Assembly (NCBI GenBank): GCA_018830565.1
Contig: JAHJRX010000079.1
Span: 1,899 to 65,898 of the forward strand
From: a bacterium
GTDB taxonomy: Bacteria > UBA9089 > JAHJRX01
DNA length: 64,000 nucleotides
Direction: 5' to 3'
In this document: positions 47,797-57,717 of the stretch, in pieces
Position numbering within the stretch: position 1 is the stretch's first letter
Layout of the letters: the number at the start of each line of letters is the position of its first letter
Notes under the pieces: generated by a model
The model's input: only the letters and a program-made list of their open reading frames with translations
The model's database searches: none
Told to the model about the DNA's origin: nothing
Translations under genes and position numbers: made by a program

Positions 47797-47802
47797 TTTT
47801 AT

Positions 47803-48522
47803 TCATTTATGAAACTTTAGTTGAAACCAAAAATGGACCATATTGAAAAAAGTTTTAACAATCTTTATAGGATTACTTCCATGGGCTACACCTCTGGTGC
47901 GAGGGTAAGAAGAAACATCTACTTCTTTTATCTTAAAGCCTTCTCTTTTAGCCTTAATTAAAGTTTCGATATCCCAAAAAAAGCCAGGGGAAGTAATACT
48001 TATTTTGTCAAAGACTTCTCTTTTATAAAGCTTTACCCAACTTGGATCTTTAAACCTTACACCAAAGAGTAACCATATTAAGAAATTATAAACTCTGGTA
48101 TTAACCTTTCTAAAAAGAGTATATTTTCTATTAATTCTCGTCCCAATTACTATATCTACATTATCTACATTCATATCTAAGAAAGGAGGTAAAAACTTAT
48201 CAAGTTCAGCGATATTAAATTGATTATCAGCACAAGTAATAAATAATAGATTACTTTTAGCTTGTTTAATTCCTAATCGAATGGCGCTACCCATACCTTC
48301 ATTTTTAACCAAAGACAATACTTTCACCGCCGGATTATTTTTAGAAATATTAGTGGCCCTTTCAAAAGTTTTATCCACGCTGCCATCATTAACGATGATT
48401 ACTTCATAATTTGAAGTAAGTTTACATAGGTTTTCTAAAGAACTGGTGATGGCTTCTTCTATATTTTCTTCTTCATTATAAGCAGGCATAATAATAGAAA
48501 TGCTATTCTTTATCTTAGTCAA
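47803..48522 (-). CDS. GT2 polyprenol-phosphate sugar synthase (GtrB/Dpm1-like)
   Basis: 239 aa. IIMPAYNEEENI...IIVNDGSVDKT...ADNQ. Confidence 0.8.
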   Translation of the reverse strand: MTKIKNSISIIMPAYNEEENIEEAITSSLENLCKLTSNYEVIIVNDGSVDKTFERATNISKNNPAVKVLSLVKNEGMGSAIRLGIKQAKSNLLFITCADNQFNIAELDKFLPPFLDMNVDNVDIVIGTRINRKYTLFRKVNTRVYNFLIWLLFGVRFKDPSWVKLYKREVFDKISITSPGFFWDIETLIKAKREGFKIKEVDVSSYPRTRGVAHGSNPIKIVKTFFNMVHFWFQLKFHK

Positions 48523-50110
48523 TCTTTTCTCCAGAAAAGTATTCTTTTAGATCGTAGATCTTAATATAATTTTTTTCTTTCCAAGGAACATTATTAAAGT
48601 ACTCCTTAGTCTTTTTAAAAGAAATGTTATGTTCAAACCAAACTTGAAGATGAGTACCTCGATTATCAAAAGTAGTATAAAGAGGTTGACACTTAGTTTC
48701 AATATCAACTAACAACTGACTTTTTTCTCCTAACCAGTTAGGCCAAGGATGGCTGAAATACTTCATAATGTCCACCAATAAATAATCATAACCTTGATGA
48801 TAAAACCTTCTTAACTCTTCTTTAGTTTTGACCTTTCTAAAATCAGCTACTAATTTATGGTCAACATAAAAGGTAGAAACCCACCAATGGGTACTGAGAT
48901 GTTTCTTGTCTTTTAAGAATTGATAAGCTTCGTTAAACCCAGATTTTAAATAAAGAAGGTGAGAGCAATTATAAATTCCAATTCCTAAAATAAGAAGAAT
49001 GATAATTTTATCAATATTTTTTTTAAGGTTCTGGTTTAAATGATAAAGACCATATCCTGAGGTTAAAGCCATAGCTGGCAAGGAAATAGCTAAATGACGA
49101 GCATTATTTTCTTCAAAGAGGCTAAAGAAGATAAAAGGAAGTAAAAATTGAAGTAAGATGTAAAATTTATGCAAATTCATCTTGATGAATAAAAAGATCA
49201 AGCCGATAATGAGTAGAAGGGTGATAATAGGACCTTCTAAGTGCCAAATAAGATATGGATAAGTTAAAATATCATTAAAGTTTAAATTACTTTTACTTCC
49301 ATAAAAGAAGAGGTGTTCAAATAATTGTTCAAAATAAGTAAGGAAGGGGAGAACACCATTATTTCTTCGAAAAACAAGAAGAGCTAAATGGTATGGCACC
49401 TCAAATAATAAGATAGGCAAAACCATGCAGAGATTAAGAATAAGGATCCGATTGATCAGGTCCCTATATAATAAAGGTGGTTTTTTAAAGAAGTAGACAA
49501 TTTCATATATCCATAGAAATACGGGTATTAAAAAGAGCCGATAATTACAAGTATAAGCAATTCCAGCCAGAAGTCCTGAAATAGCTAAAAAAAGCAACTT
49601 ATACTTAGTGTCATCCTTACAGCTTTTTAGATAAAAGAAGAAGGAAAAAAGAAAGAAGAAGACACTATCCACTTCAGCTAAACCTTCTCTGGAATACATT
49701 ACATGATATTGAGATAGGGCTAAGATTAAAGCAGAAATCAAAGCAATCTCTTTATTAAATATATTTTTAGCGATCAAGAACAATAAGATAACAGTTAAGA
49801 CACCAAATATAGCTGAGTTGATAAAAGCTACATATTCGTTGACCTTTCCTTCCCAAAGAGCCAGGGCAGAAATTAAAAGAGTGTGAGTTGGTTTGCTATG
49901 CCTTAAAGCAATGCCTTTTGTTTGAATGCGCGTCTTCTGAAGATCTTCTTTATTAAAGATACTTTGGATTCCACTTACCACAAATTGAGTTTCTTGAAGA
50001 TAATTACCTTCATCGGTTAAGAAGATACCTTTATTGGTAAGATTATAAAAACGGAGAAAACAAGCCAGTAGTATAATTAAGATTAAGAATAAGTAAGTTG
50101 TTTTTTTCAT
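48515..50110 (-). CDS. GT-C membrane glycosyltransferase (ArnT/PMT-like), paralogue 3
   Basis: 531 aa. DE motif (IFLTDEGNYLQE); collinear with paralogue 2, about 40% identical by eye. Confidence 0.65.
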   Translation of the reverse strand: MKKTTYLFLILIILLACFLRFYNLTNKGIFLTDEGNYLQETQFVVSGIQSIFNKEDLQKTRIQTKGIALRHSKPTHTLLISALALWEGKVNEYVAFINSAIFGVLTVILLFLIAKNIFNKEIALISALILALSQYHVMYSREGLAEVDSVFFFLFSFFFYLKSCKDDTKYKLLFLAISGLLAGIAYTCNYRLFLIPVFLWIYEIVYFFKKPPLLYRDLINRILILNLCMVLPILLFEVPYHLALLVFRRNNGVLPFLTYFEQLFEHLFFYGSKSNLNFNDILTYPYLIWHLEGPIITLLLIIGLIFLFIKMNLHKFYILLQFLLPFIFFSLFEENNARHLAISLPAMALTSGYGLYHLNQNLKKNIDKIIILLILGIGIYNCSHLLYLKSGFNEAYQFLKDKKHLSTHWWVSTFYVDHKLVADFRKVKTKEELRRFYHQGYDYLLVDIMKYFSHPWPNWLGEKSQLLVDIETKCQPLYTTFDNRGTHLQVWFEHNISFKKTKEYFNNVPWKEKNYIKIYDLKEYFSGEKID

Positions 50111-50114
50111 AAGG

Positions 50115-50849
50115 TTAGCTTTTGATTTTTAAGGTTAAACAAACCAAAGGCTTTAAGATCTTCCACCAATCAACAATAGGTTTTACTTTAGTATATTCTT
50201 TATATTTTTTAACTTGTAGGTAGAGCTTACTTACTGGAACTTCTTTTATTTTATAACCATACTTAACTACTTGGTAGTGTAAGTAAAACTCTAATTCCGT
50301 ACCATCTAACCAATCTTGCCAAATATTCAATCTTTTATCTTGAAAGAGGCTGGTCTTATAAGCTCGAAAACCATTAGTAGCATCGCTAGCTTTAGACTTA
50401 CCTAAAGTAGCTATATTAAGAAGGATAGGGTAAAGGCGAGTACCGATAACTCGATGTAAAGGCATCTGGCCATATCTTCCTCCTTCTAAATAACGAGAGC
50501 CTTGAACATAGTCATAGTCTTCTTTAACAATAGGATCTAAAAGGAGAGGAATTTCTGCTGGATTATCTTTATCATTGCCAGCTAAGATCACTATGATCTC
50601 AAAGTGGTTAGAGATAGCATAATCAATACCTGTTCTAATGGCACTTCCTAATCCACGTCGTTGCTTGTGACTAATCACTATATCTGCTCCAGCTTCTTTA
50701 GCCACCGCCGCAGTACGGTCAGTAGAACCATCATCGACGACACAAATGACATCTACAACATCTTTAGAGATTTTTTTAACTACCTGGCCAATTCTATTTT
50801 CCTCGTTAAAAGCTGGTGGTATAGCAATAACTTTTCTTTTAGAGTGCAT
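50115..50849 (-). CDS. GT2 polyprenol-phosphate sugar synthase (Dpm1-like)
   Basis: 244 aa. VIAIPPAFNEENRI...VVDDGSTDRT...LAGNDKD. Confidence 0.8.
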   Translation of the reverse strand: MHSKRKVIAIPPAFNEENRIGQVVKKISKDVVDVICVVDDGSTDRTAAVAKEAGADIVISHKQRRGLGSAIRTGIDYAISNHFEIIVILAGNDKDNPAEIPLLLDPIVKEDYDYVQGSRYLEGGRYGQMPLHRVIGTRLYPILLNIATLGKSKASDATNGFRAYKTSLFQDKRLNIWQDWLDGTELEFYLHYQVVKYGYKIKEVPVSKLYLQVKKYKEYTKVKPIVDWWKILKPLVCLTLKIKS

Positions 50850-50864
50850 ATTATCTCCTTTATT

Positions 50865-51971
50865 TTAAGTCTTCATTACTACTTTCATTTTTTTCAGCTG
50901 CTCTTCTGCTTCAGTGAAATATTCTTTAATATCACTTTGAGTTTTGATCCATTCTACATACCGGTCTACTCCTTCTTCTATGGTAATTTTAGGTTTCCAA
51001 CCTAAAGCTTTTAATTTACTGTTATCTGCAAATAAGTGGCGAACCTCTCCTGGTCGAAACTCATTCTTCATTAAAGATTTTATCTCTAAATTATATTTAT
51101 GGGCTAAAGTTTGAATAAGTTTTAAGACAGTAGTTTGCCCTCCTGTGCCTACATTAAAGACTTGATGGATAGCTTCATCTTTTTCTGCTACTAAAAGATT
51201 GGCTTCGGCTACATCTCTTACATAGATAAAGTCTCTGGTTTGATAGCCGTCTTCATAAACAATGGGAGGAAGATTATTTAACATCCGCGTTGAAAAGATA
51301 GAGCATACTCCTGTATAAGGATTAAAGATAGATTGCCTGGGCCCATAAGTTACAGAGTATCTAAGGGCTACAGTGGGAATGCCATACCCCTTTCCTAAGC
51401 CAATGACTAATCTTTCTTGGGTATACTTAGTGATGGCATAAGTAGTTTCAGCTCCAATATGAGAATTTTCATCAGTAGGCAAAGGCTTAAGATCTAAATT
51501 ACAAAAAGGACATTTAACTTCCCATTCTCTTTTAGCAAGTTGATTCATTGCTCGTAAGTTAGGATTAATTGGACCATGGGTAGAACAGCTATATTTCCCT
51601 TCTCCGTAAACAGCTTGAGAAGAGGCAACTACTAATCTTTTTACAGGGTGTTTTTTAATAATTAATTCTAAGAGAATAGCAGTTCCTAAGCAATTGGCAT
51701 GGACATATTTAGAAACTTCTGGCATAAAACCACCTTCAGCAGCTTGGTGAAAGACATAATCTACTCCTTCTAAAGCTTTATCCACATCTTCCATCTTACG
51801 CATATCACCAAGGATAAACTCTGCTTCCTTGGGAATCCAGGGGGGTTTGCCTTTTAAATGAGTAGGTTTAACCAGACTATCTAAGATTCTTACCTCAAAT
51901 CCTCTCTCTAAAAGAAGATCGACCAGATGAGAACCTATAAGGCCTGCTCCGCCAGTAACTAATGCTTTCAT
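50865..51971 (-). CDS. NAD-dependent sugar epimerase/dehydratase (extended SDR; UDP-sugar 4-epimerase / decarboxylase-like)
   Basis: 368 aa. TGGAGLIGSHLVDLL Rossmann motif; catalytic YAITK (YxxxK). Confidence 0.8.
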   Translation of the reverse strand: MKALVTGGAGLIGSHLVDLLLERGFEVRILDSLVKPTHLKGKPPWIPKEAEFILGDMRKMEDVDKALEGVDYVFHQAAEGGFMPEVSKYVHANCLGTAILLELIIKKHPVKRLVVASSQAVYGEGKYSCSTHGPINPNLRAMNQLAKREWEVKCPFCNLDLKPLPTDENSHIGAETTYAITKYTQERLVIGLGKGYGIPTVALRYSVTYGPRQSIFNPYTGVCSIFSTRMLNNLPPIVYEDGYQTRDFIYVRDVAEANLLVAEKDEAIHQVFNVGTGGQTTVLKLIQTLAHKYNLEIKSLMKNEFRPGEVRHLFADNSKLKALGWKPKITIEEGVDRYVEWIKTQSDIKEYFTEAEEQLKKMKVVMKT

Positions 51972-51980
51972 AATTTTATC

Positions 51981-52673
51981 CTATCTAAAGAACCGTTTTT
52001 TAAATAAGAAGAATAAATTACCAAAACCATCCTTCCAAAGGTTTAACTTACTTTTACCTACTCTCTGACCATAGTAGATAGGTATCTCAATAGCTTTAAT
52101 GGTCTGGTTAGTAAAAGCCTCAATCTTTAATTCCTGGGATAAAGCCATACCATCACTGGTGAGTTTTATCTTATTTAAGATCTCTTTCTTAAAGACCCAC
52201 ATTCCAGATTGAGAGTCGACAATTACTTTAAAGAATAAGATGGCTAAGACGGTGCTCAGAACAATATTTCCAAAGACTCTTAAAAAGCTCTTCTTTTCTC
52301 CAGCATTAGAATGCCAACGGCGGGCAGTAATAAAGGCTACTTCTTCTTCAAAGAGAATATAGAGTAGTAAAGGAATGCTTTCTGGAGGATAAGTTCCATC
52401 AGCATCCATAGTGACAATAACATCACCTGTGGCAGCCTTAAAACCTGTTTGGTAAGCTATTCCATAACCTTTCTTTTTTTCTACCACCACTACTACTTTA
52501 TGACCAAAACTTTTAGCTACTTCTACTGTTTTATCAGTACAGTTATTGTCTACCACAATAATCTCATCTACTATCTCAGGCATCTTGACTAAGATTGCCT
52601 TAATTCCTTCTTCCTCGTTATGACAAGGGGTAACTAACGATATTTTCTTATCTTTATACATCTTTACCACCAA
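51981..52673 (-). CDS. GT2 glycosyltransferase (Dpm1-like, fourth copy)
   Basis: 230 aa. ISLVTPCHNEEEGI...IVVDNNCTDKT...DADGTYP. Confidence 0.75.
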   Translation of the reverse strand: MVVKMYKDKKISLVTPCHNEEEGIKAILVKMPEIVDEIIVVDNNCTDKTVEVAKSFGHKVVVVVEKKKGYGIAYQTGFKAATGDVIVTMDADGTYPPESIPLLLYILFEEEVAFITARRWHSNAGEKKSFLRVFGNIVLSTVLAILFFKVIVDSQSGMWVFKKEILNKIKLTSDGMALSQELKIEAFTNQTIKAIEIPIYYGQRVGKSKLNLWKDGFGNLFFLFKKRFFR

Positions 52674-53781
52674 ATCTTTTTAAGATCTTAGCTAGTTTTA
52701 TAGCTAAGTATTCTTTTAAAATTCTTGGTAGAAGCCGAGGATTAAATAAGATATTAATAGTCAGGAAACATTCATAGGTACAAAAACACTTAGATTTTTG
52801 AATGTATTGACGAGCATGATTAGCTTTTTCACTAAACCAGATCTTCTTAAAGTCATAATTAACTTCTCGAAGGTTCCCTAATGGCAGATCATTGTGGAGT
52901 TCACAAGGAAGCACCTCTCCTTTGCTAAGGATAGCTGCACCTAAAGAACCGCCGTAACAAGGAACTTGGTACTGATTTTCTCTAACTAACTTGGTAATAA
53001 TTTGGTGGCGGATTATTCTTTTAGCATTAATTATATCACAAAATGGAAAGTTATCGTAACCACTTAAGGTTTGTGATTTAATACTCTTTTCTAAAAGTTG
53101 GGCATACTTTTCATAGTTATTAATGTTAAAGAATTTAGAGGATGGTTCTCGAGGCTTACCCCGACAAAGTAAAGTAAATAAGTTTTTTGCCTCTAATTCT
53201 TTGGTGGCATAATGATAGATATCGAATAATTTACTATCATTATAAGAAGAGACTGTAGTCTCTACATTAATATTAAAATTCTTATAATGTTTTTCTAATT
53301 CCCTAAGTTCTTTATAAGTAGCAATGGTCTTTTGAAAAAGACCCTTAACTCCCCGAATATGATCGTGATCTTCACTGATACCATCTATAGAAACATCGAC
53401 TGTAACCTCTAAGTTAGGATTATTTTCTAAGATTAGTTTAGTAGATTCCACCACTCTTTGGGTTAAGGAACCATTAGTTGGAATACCCACGATCTTTATC
53501 TTATTATTAACATGAAATATTCTTACTATTTCAGCAATATCTTTTCTTAAAAAAGGCTCTCCACCTGTGGGAAGTAAGAATAAGAAGTCATCCATACTTT
53601 GAGAAATCTTCTCAATCTCATCAATAGTAAGTTCATCCTTAGTAGGAGGAAGATCGCCTAATAAACAATGTTTACATTTAATGTTGCAATTTAAGGTAAT
53701 GAAGTAGACTAAGTAAAGAGGTAAACTATCTTTCTTATAAAACATCTTCTTGGCATACTTGAGATAACTTAAAGACTTCAT
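52654..53781 (-). CDS. Radical SAM enzyme (possible SPASM/twitch C-terminal Cys cluster)
   Basis: 375 aa. CNIKCKHCLL = CxxxCxxC. C-terminal KCFCTYEC. Embedded in the glycan locus; overlaps the next gene by 20 nt. Confidence 0.7.
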   Translation of the reverse strand: MKSLSYLKYAKKMFYKKDSLPLYLVYFITLNCNIKCKHCLLGDLPPTKDELTIDEIEKISQSMDDFLFLLPTGGEPFLRKDIAEIVRIFHVNNKIKIVGIPTNGSLTQRVVESTKLILENNPNLEVTVDVSIDGISEDHDHIRGVKGLFQKTIATYKELRELEKHYKNFNINVETTVSSYNDSKLFDIYHYATKELEAKNLFTLLCRGKPREPSSKFFNINNYEKYAQLLEKSIKSQTLSGYDNFPFCDIINAKRIIRHQIITKLVRENQYQVPCYGGSLGAAILSKGEVLPCELHNDLPLGNLREVNYDFKKIWFSEKANHARQYIQKSKCFCTYECFLTINILFNPRLLPRILKEYLAIKLAKILKRFGGKDV

Positions 53782-53806
53782 CTTTGTTCTCCTTCTTATC
53801 TATTTT

Positions 53807-54829
53807 TTAATATCTTTTCCCTAATAAATAAGCCAAAAAAGCAGATATTACTCCTAAACCTGAAACAAAAGAATCAAGGCAAATAAATAAAGCACTCTTC
53901 AGCATAAACAAAGGTCCATTTACTTTTTTCAAAAATAGTAGATAATTAATATTTGAAAATACCGCTACTATTAAAGCTAATAAACCACCGATCAAAAGAT
54001 AAAAGCTTGATAAAGCTTGTGAAAGTACCAGTAACAAAAGACCAAAATAGACAAGAAAGAGACTAAGGATAAATGAAAAAGGGACCGAAGTATAATTTTT
54101 TTGTCTTTCTTTTTTAAAGAAGTTTCTTATAAACATTATGGTAAGTTCATAAGAACGTTTAAAGTCTAATTTTAAAACTTGCTTTAAATTATAATGCTTT
54201 ATATGTTCTGCTTCAAGCTTTTTATTAGAGTAAACTTTGTAGCCTTGAGTTAATAGTCTTTGGCCAAATTCAGTATCTTCTACATTAGCCTCTTTATATC
54301 TTTTATCAAACCCGCCTAACTTTAAAAAAACATCTTTTTTAAAAGCAGTAATACTAGTATAAGATACCCCTATAAAGTCTGGTAAGATTTTATAGGTATA
54401 GTGCATCCATAAGTTTTTATACTGACTGGCAAAGTTTTTATACCTTAATTGAGGAGACAAAAGCCCAACTACTCCTGAAATATTCCCCCTCTTAAAATCT
54501 TCTTTTATTAAAGAAAGGCTATCAGGATTAATGATAATATCAGCATCAATAAAGAATAATATCTCACTTTGAGCTAGTTTTGCTCCTTCGTTCCGAGCTA
54601 CTGCAGCCCCGCTATTTTCAGGAAGTTTAATAATTTTACAAGGAAACTCTTGGACTACTTTTAGAGAATGATCAGTAGAGCAGTCATCGACGACTATGAC
54701 TTCAAGGTTAGGATAACAAGAAGCATAGATAGCTGATAAGCATTCTTTAAGAGTGTAAGCAGCATTATACACCGGCACAATAATAGAGATTAAATTATCT
54801 GCCATATAGTTAACTTCTTTCACTTTCAA
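53807..54829 (-). CDS. GT2 glycosyltransferase with C-terminal membrane anchor (GtrA-like helices)
   Basis: 340 aa. ISIIVPVYNAAYTL...VIVVDDCSTDHS...IDADII then 3-4 TM helices. Confidence 0.75.
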   Translation of the reverse strand: MKVKEVNYMADNLISIIVPVYNAAYTLKECLSAIYASCYPNLEVIVVDDCSTDHSLKVVQEFPCKIIKLPENSGAAVARNEGAKLAQSEILFFIDADIIINPDSLSLIKEDFKRGNISGVVGLLSPQLRYKNFASQYKNLWMHYTYKILPDFIGVSYTSITAFKKDVFLKLGGFDKRYKEANVEDTEFGQRLLTQGYKVYSNKKLEAEHIKHYNLKQVLKLDFKRSYELTIMFIRNFFKKERQKNYTSVPFSFILSLFLVYFGLLLLVLSQALSSFYLLIGGLLALIVAVFSNINYLLFLKKVNGPLFMLKSALFICLDSFVSGLGVISAFLAYLLGKRY

Positions 54830-54884
54830 CTTTTAGATTTTGTCCTAAACTTATTTCAGGATATTCCAGAAGAGAGTCTAATAC

Positions 54885-56291
54885 TTACTGCTCCCTTTTG
54901 TTTTCTTGTCCTGGCTGACAAAGCTGGCATCTAACGGCTGAATGCTTATATATCAAGATGCTCAAAATTGAGATAATGGTAAATAAAGAGAGAATAGATA
55001 TCAAGTTTGATTTTGAGAAAAGAAAAAATCCTATATTATAGTCTAAATGATTATTAAAAATTTGGGGTAGTATATAGTCTCTAATAGGATGTTCAAAGAA
55101 TTGAGGAACTTCTGGATCAATCATTACCGTGATAAACATTAAGAAGATAGAAAGGCAAGTTAAAAGGAGAAAAAGCTTAAAGTAGTGTTTATTTTTGTTA
55201 AATATAAAGATGATAGGAAAGGCCATAAAAGGTAACATGGGGATTACATATCTGGGACCAATTCCATATCCTCCATGCCAAGCCGCAAAAGAAGAATTTA
55301 ATAAAAAAAGGGTTATGGTAGAAATAAGACAGATATAAAATTCCATTCGGAGATGTCTTTCTTTATAAAGATAGTAAAATCCAAGAATACTAAAAAGGAG
55401 AACAGGGGAGGTATAAAATACACCCCGATAAGAGCTAAAGAGAATCTGATATAAGATACTTAGTTTAGGTAGGCTAAAGCCAAAAAAACCTTTTCCCATA
55501 GCTTTTGCAGCTATTTCCGGAGCTTGGTGGGCATATCCTACATCAAAAGGATTTTCAAAGCATAAATAGTTATAAATCAGAAGAAGAATAAGGGAAGGTA
55601 AGGCAAAAAGAAAGTAAAGCCAGAGCTTCTTTTTTTCAGGTAGAGTAATTATTAAGTAGATGAACAAGAGCATAATTATTATGGCGGAAGTGTATTCGGT
55701 GATTAAGGCTAATCCAGAAAAAAATCCTACTAAGATGGTACCAAGAGAAGAAGGAATAAGGTTATCTTTTAGTAAATAAATTAAGATAAAAGAGATAAAG
55801 CAAAGTATAGCAGCTTGTTGATGGCCATAAAATAAGGTGGAATAAGGAAAACAAAGAGTGCCCAAGGAAAGAGCAAAAGTTAACCAGATATTATACTTAG
55901 AAGAATGGTTAAATAATCCTAAAAATCTATAAAAGATCACGGCAAATAGAGCTGAAGGTAAGGATACAGTTATTACTCTGAGTAAGTAATAGATAAAATT
56001 TATGCCTACCTTTAATCCAGAAATCTTTATCAGCCAGCAAGGCAGAAGAGCAAATAAAGAAGTACCAATGGCCTTATCGCTATAATAATGACCTTGATAT
56101 AAGGATTTATCTACTGTATTTTGGTGGTAGCTGTCAATAGTAAGCCTTCCTTCGTAGACTATAGCTCGAGTAAGGTTATATCTGCTCAAGGAATTAACAT
56201 GGGGTGCGAGGTGAAAGAAGTAGGTATAGCTAACAAATATTACTAAAAATATTAAGATTTCTTTTTGATATTTTTTTAGCATAATTAGCAT
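54885..56291 (-). CDS. Polytopic membrane protein, GT-C-like (ArnT/PMT-type 'YYxDKxxG' loop)
   Basis: 468 aa, about 12 TM. QGHYYSDKAIGTSLFALLP resembles the conserved periplasmic loop of GT39/GT83 enzymes. Confidence 0.45.
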   Translation of the reverse strand: MLIMLKKYQKEILIFLVIFVSYTYFFHLAPHVNSLSRYNLTRAIVYEGRLTIDSYHQNTVDKSLYQGHYYSDKAIGTSLFALLPCWLIKISGLKVGINFIYYLLRVITVSLPSALFAVIFYRFLGLFNHSSKYNIWLTFALSLGTLCFPYSTLFYGHQQAAILCFISFILIYLLKDNLIPSSLGTILVGFFSGLALITEYTSAIIIMLLFIYLIITLPEKKKLWLYFLFALPSLILLLIYNYLCFENPFDVGYAHQAPEIAAKAMGKGFFGFSLPKLSILYQILFSSYRGVFYTSPVLLFSILGFYYLYKERHLRMEFYICLISTITLFLLNSSFAAWHGGYGIGPRYVIPMLPFMAFPIIFIFNKNKHYFKLFLLLTCLSIFLMFITVMIDPEVPQFFEHPIRDYILPQIFNNHLDYNIGFFLFSKSNLISILSLFTIISILSILIYKHSAVRCQLCQPGQENKREQ

Positions 56292-56351
56292 AAAAATAAA
56301 ACTAACCTAAGATGATTTTAATGTCAAGAAAAATAAATATCTGTAACACCA

Positions 56352-56460
56352 AAATGAAAATTTGACATAGAGCAAATTAATTTGACTCCAAGCAAATTTA
56401 TCTTTTGTTGTTTGGTATTATTTTTTATATAAGGTTTTCGTTAATAACTACTATATCCGA
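56352..56460. repeat. Conserved intergenic element, copy 4 (extended form)
   Basis: caaaatgaaaatttgacatagagcaaattaatttgactccaagcaaatttatcttttgttgtttggtattatttttt...ttttcgttaataactactat. Confidence 0.8.
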
Positions 56461-56646
56461 TACTTTTTTTATCCACTTTTTTATTTACTCCTTATCTTTC
56501 AACACCTTACAACAATTACTTCACAATAATTACGAAAGAACCTATTTTTACTTTCTCTTTTCTCTCTTTTACTTCTTCTCTAAAAATAATCTATTTCTAC
56601 TATCTTTTTACAAAGTTAGGGAATTCGTAAGAGAGTACCTTCGTCC

Positions 56647-57102
56647 TTGACCTCCTTCCATGAATCTGCTACATTAATCTTTGTTAATGGTTTTAACATT
56701 GACATGGGCGTGTTCCTCCTTTCTTTGGTTTTTGCATTATGGAGGATACGTCCTTTTTCTTTTCTAAGCAAGGAGGAATTTACACAATTTATTTTACACT
56801 ACCCGTCTCAAAAAAAAATAGCTATTTTTTATGCACAATGGTATAATTTCTTTATCAAGTACAAGATTGAGTTTAAGCCAAGGGTGATAAAGGACTGCAA
56901 ATCAATCAACAAAAAGATATTGCGATTGATATTTTCAAAGATTGAGATATTATCAGATGCCTTACAAGGAGATGTAAAAAAACTTACTAACTATTCTCCT
57001 GAATATTGTTTACGCGCAGGTGATTATAAAATCCTTTTCGAAACAGAAAACGAGAGGATAATTATTTATCGAATTATGCACAGAAAAGAAGCCTATCGGT
57101 AA
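56647..57102 (+). CDS. RelE/ParE-family toxin domain (C-terminal about 90 aa); N-terminal part of the ORF is probably non-coding read-through
   Basis: ...KIEFKPRVIKDCKSINKKILRLIFSKIEILSDALQGDVKKLTNYSPEYCLRAGDYKILFETENERIIIYRIMHRKEAYR matches the RelE/ParE consensus (YRIRVGDYRIIY...IL.IGHRK.VY). No canonical start near the domain start and no upstream antitoxin. Confidence 0.5.
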   Translation: MTSFHESATLIFVNGFNIDMGVFLLSLVFALWRIRPFSFLSKEEFTQFILHYPSQKKIAIFYAQWYNFFIKYKIEFKPRVIKDCKSINKKILRLIFSKIEILSDALQGDVKKLTNYSPEYCLRAGDYKILFETENERIIIYRIMHRKEAYR

Positions 57103-57112
57103 GGAGGGGAAA

Positions 57113-57313
57113 ATGGTAGTGCTACATACAAAGATATTAGAAAAAGACGGGAAAAAAGAATTTGTTGTAATACCTTACGAAGAATTTATACAAATTCAAG
57201 AGGAACTTGAAGACTACGAAGGACTAAAAGCACTCCGCGATGCTAAAATAAAAGAAGCAAATGCTCCCACCACTTCATTTAATGAAACAAAGAAAGAATT
57301 AGATATTGAATAA
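57113..57313 (+). CDS. Phd/YefM-like antitoxin-type small protein
   Basis: 66 aa. ...KKEFVVIPYEEFIQIQEELEDYEGLKALRDAK resembles the Phd/YefM antitoxin fold region. The partner toxin is not downstream. Confidence 0.4.
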   Translation: MVVLHTKILEKDGKKEFVVIPYEEFIQIQEELEDYEGLKALRDAKIKEANAPTTSFNETKKELDIE

Positions 57314-57319
57314 ATTATA

Positions 57320-57577
57320 GTGGACCCCAAAAATAAGGAGGTCCCCATGCAAAACTTAAGAAAAAATTATTCACCAGCATTTAAGGCCAAAGTTACTCTG
57401 GAGGCTATCAAAGAGGAAAAAACTTCATCTGAATTAGCCAGTCAATACCAGGTTCACGCCGGTCAAATTAGAAATTGGAAGCATATTCTAAGAGAAAGAA
57501 TTATAGATATATTTAACGGTAATAAAAGAAAGACGAAGGACAATAAAGACGAACTTATCCAATTAAGAAAAAGATAA
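57320..57577 (+). pseudogene. IS3-family OrfA-like HTH transposase fragment (no OrfB)
   Basis: 85 aa. RKNYSPAFKAKVTLEAIKEEKTSSELASQYQVHAGQIRNWKHIL matches HTH_Tnp_1 (IS3/IS911 OrfA), followed by a leucine-zipper-like tail. No DDE integrase follows. Confidence 0.55.
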
Positions 57578-57591
57578 GCTCGGCTATATCA

Positions 57592-57717
57592 GAAGGGATT
57601 AACAATAAAATTAAGCAGCTTAAACGTATAGCTCACGGATACAAGGATGTTGAGTCCTTTAGGCTGAAAATTCACCAGCCTTGCGGGTTACTAAATCATA
57701 GGAGATATCTACAATAA
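57592..57717 (+). pseudogene. ISL3-family transposase C-terminal remnant (second copy)
   Basis: Translation EGINNKIKQLKRIAHGYKDVESFRLKIHQPCGLLNHRRYLQ*. Same conserved C-terminal motif as 9722-9838. Confidence 0.55.

Noticed and set aside
272-56460. Possibility that the four dispersed repeats, or the GC-rich repeats, form a CRISPR array
   Set aside because: Copies are kilobases apart or irregularly spaced, with no regular repeat-spacer periodicity and no cas genes. The GC-rich units are palindromic REP-like elements.
56405-56650. ORF 56405-56650 (81 aa)
   Set aside because: Translation is Phe/Ile/Tyr/Ser low-complexity from pyrimidine-rich repeat DNA overlapping copy 4 of the conserved element. 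No coding signal.
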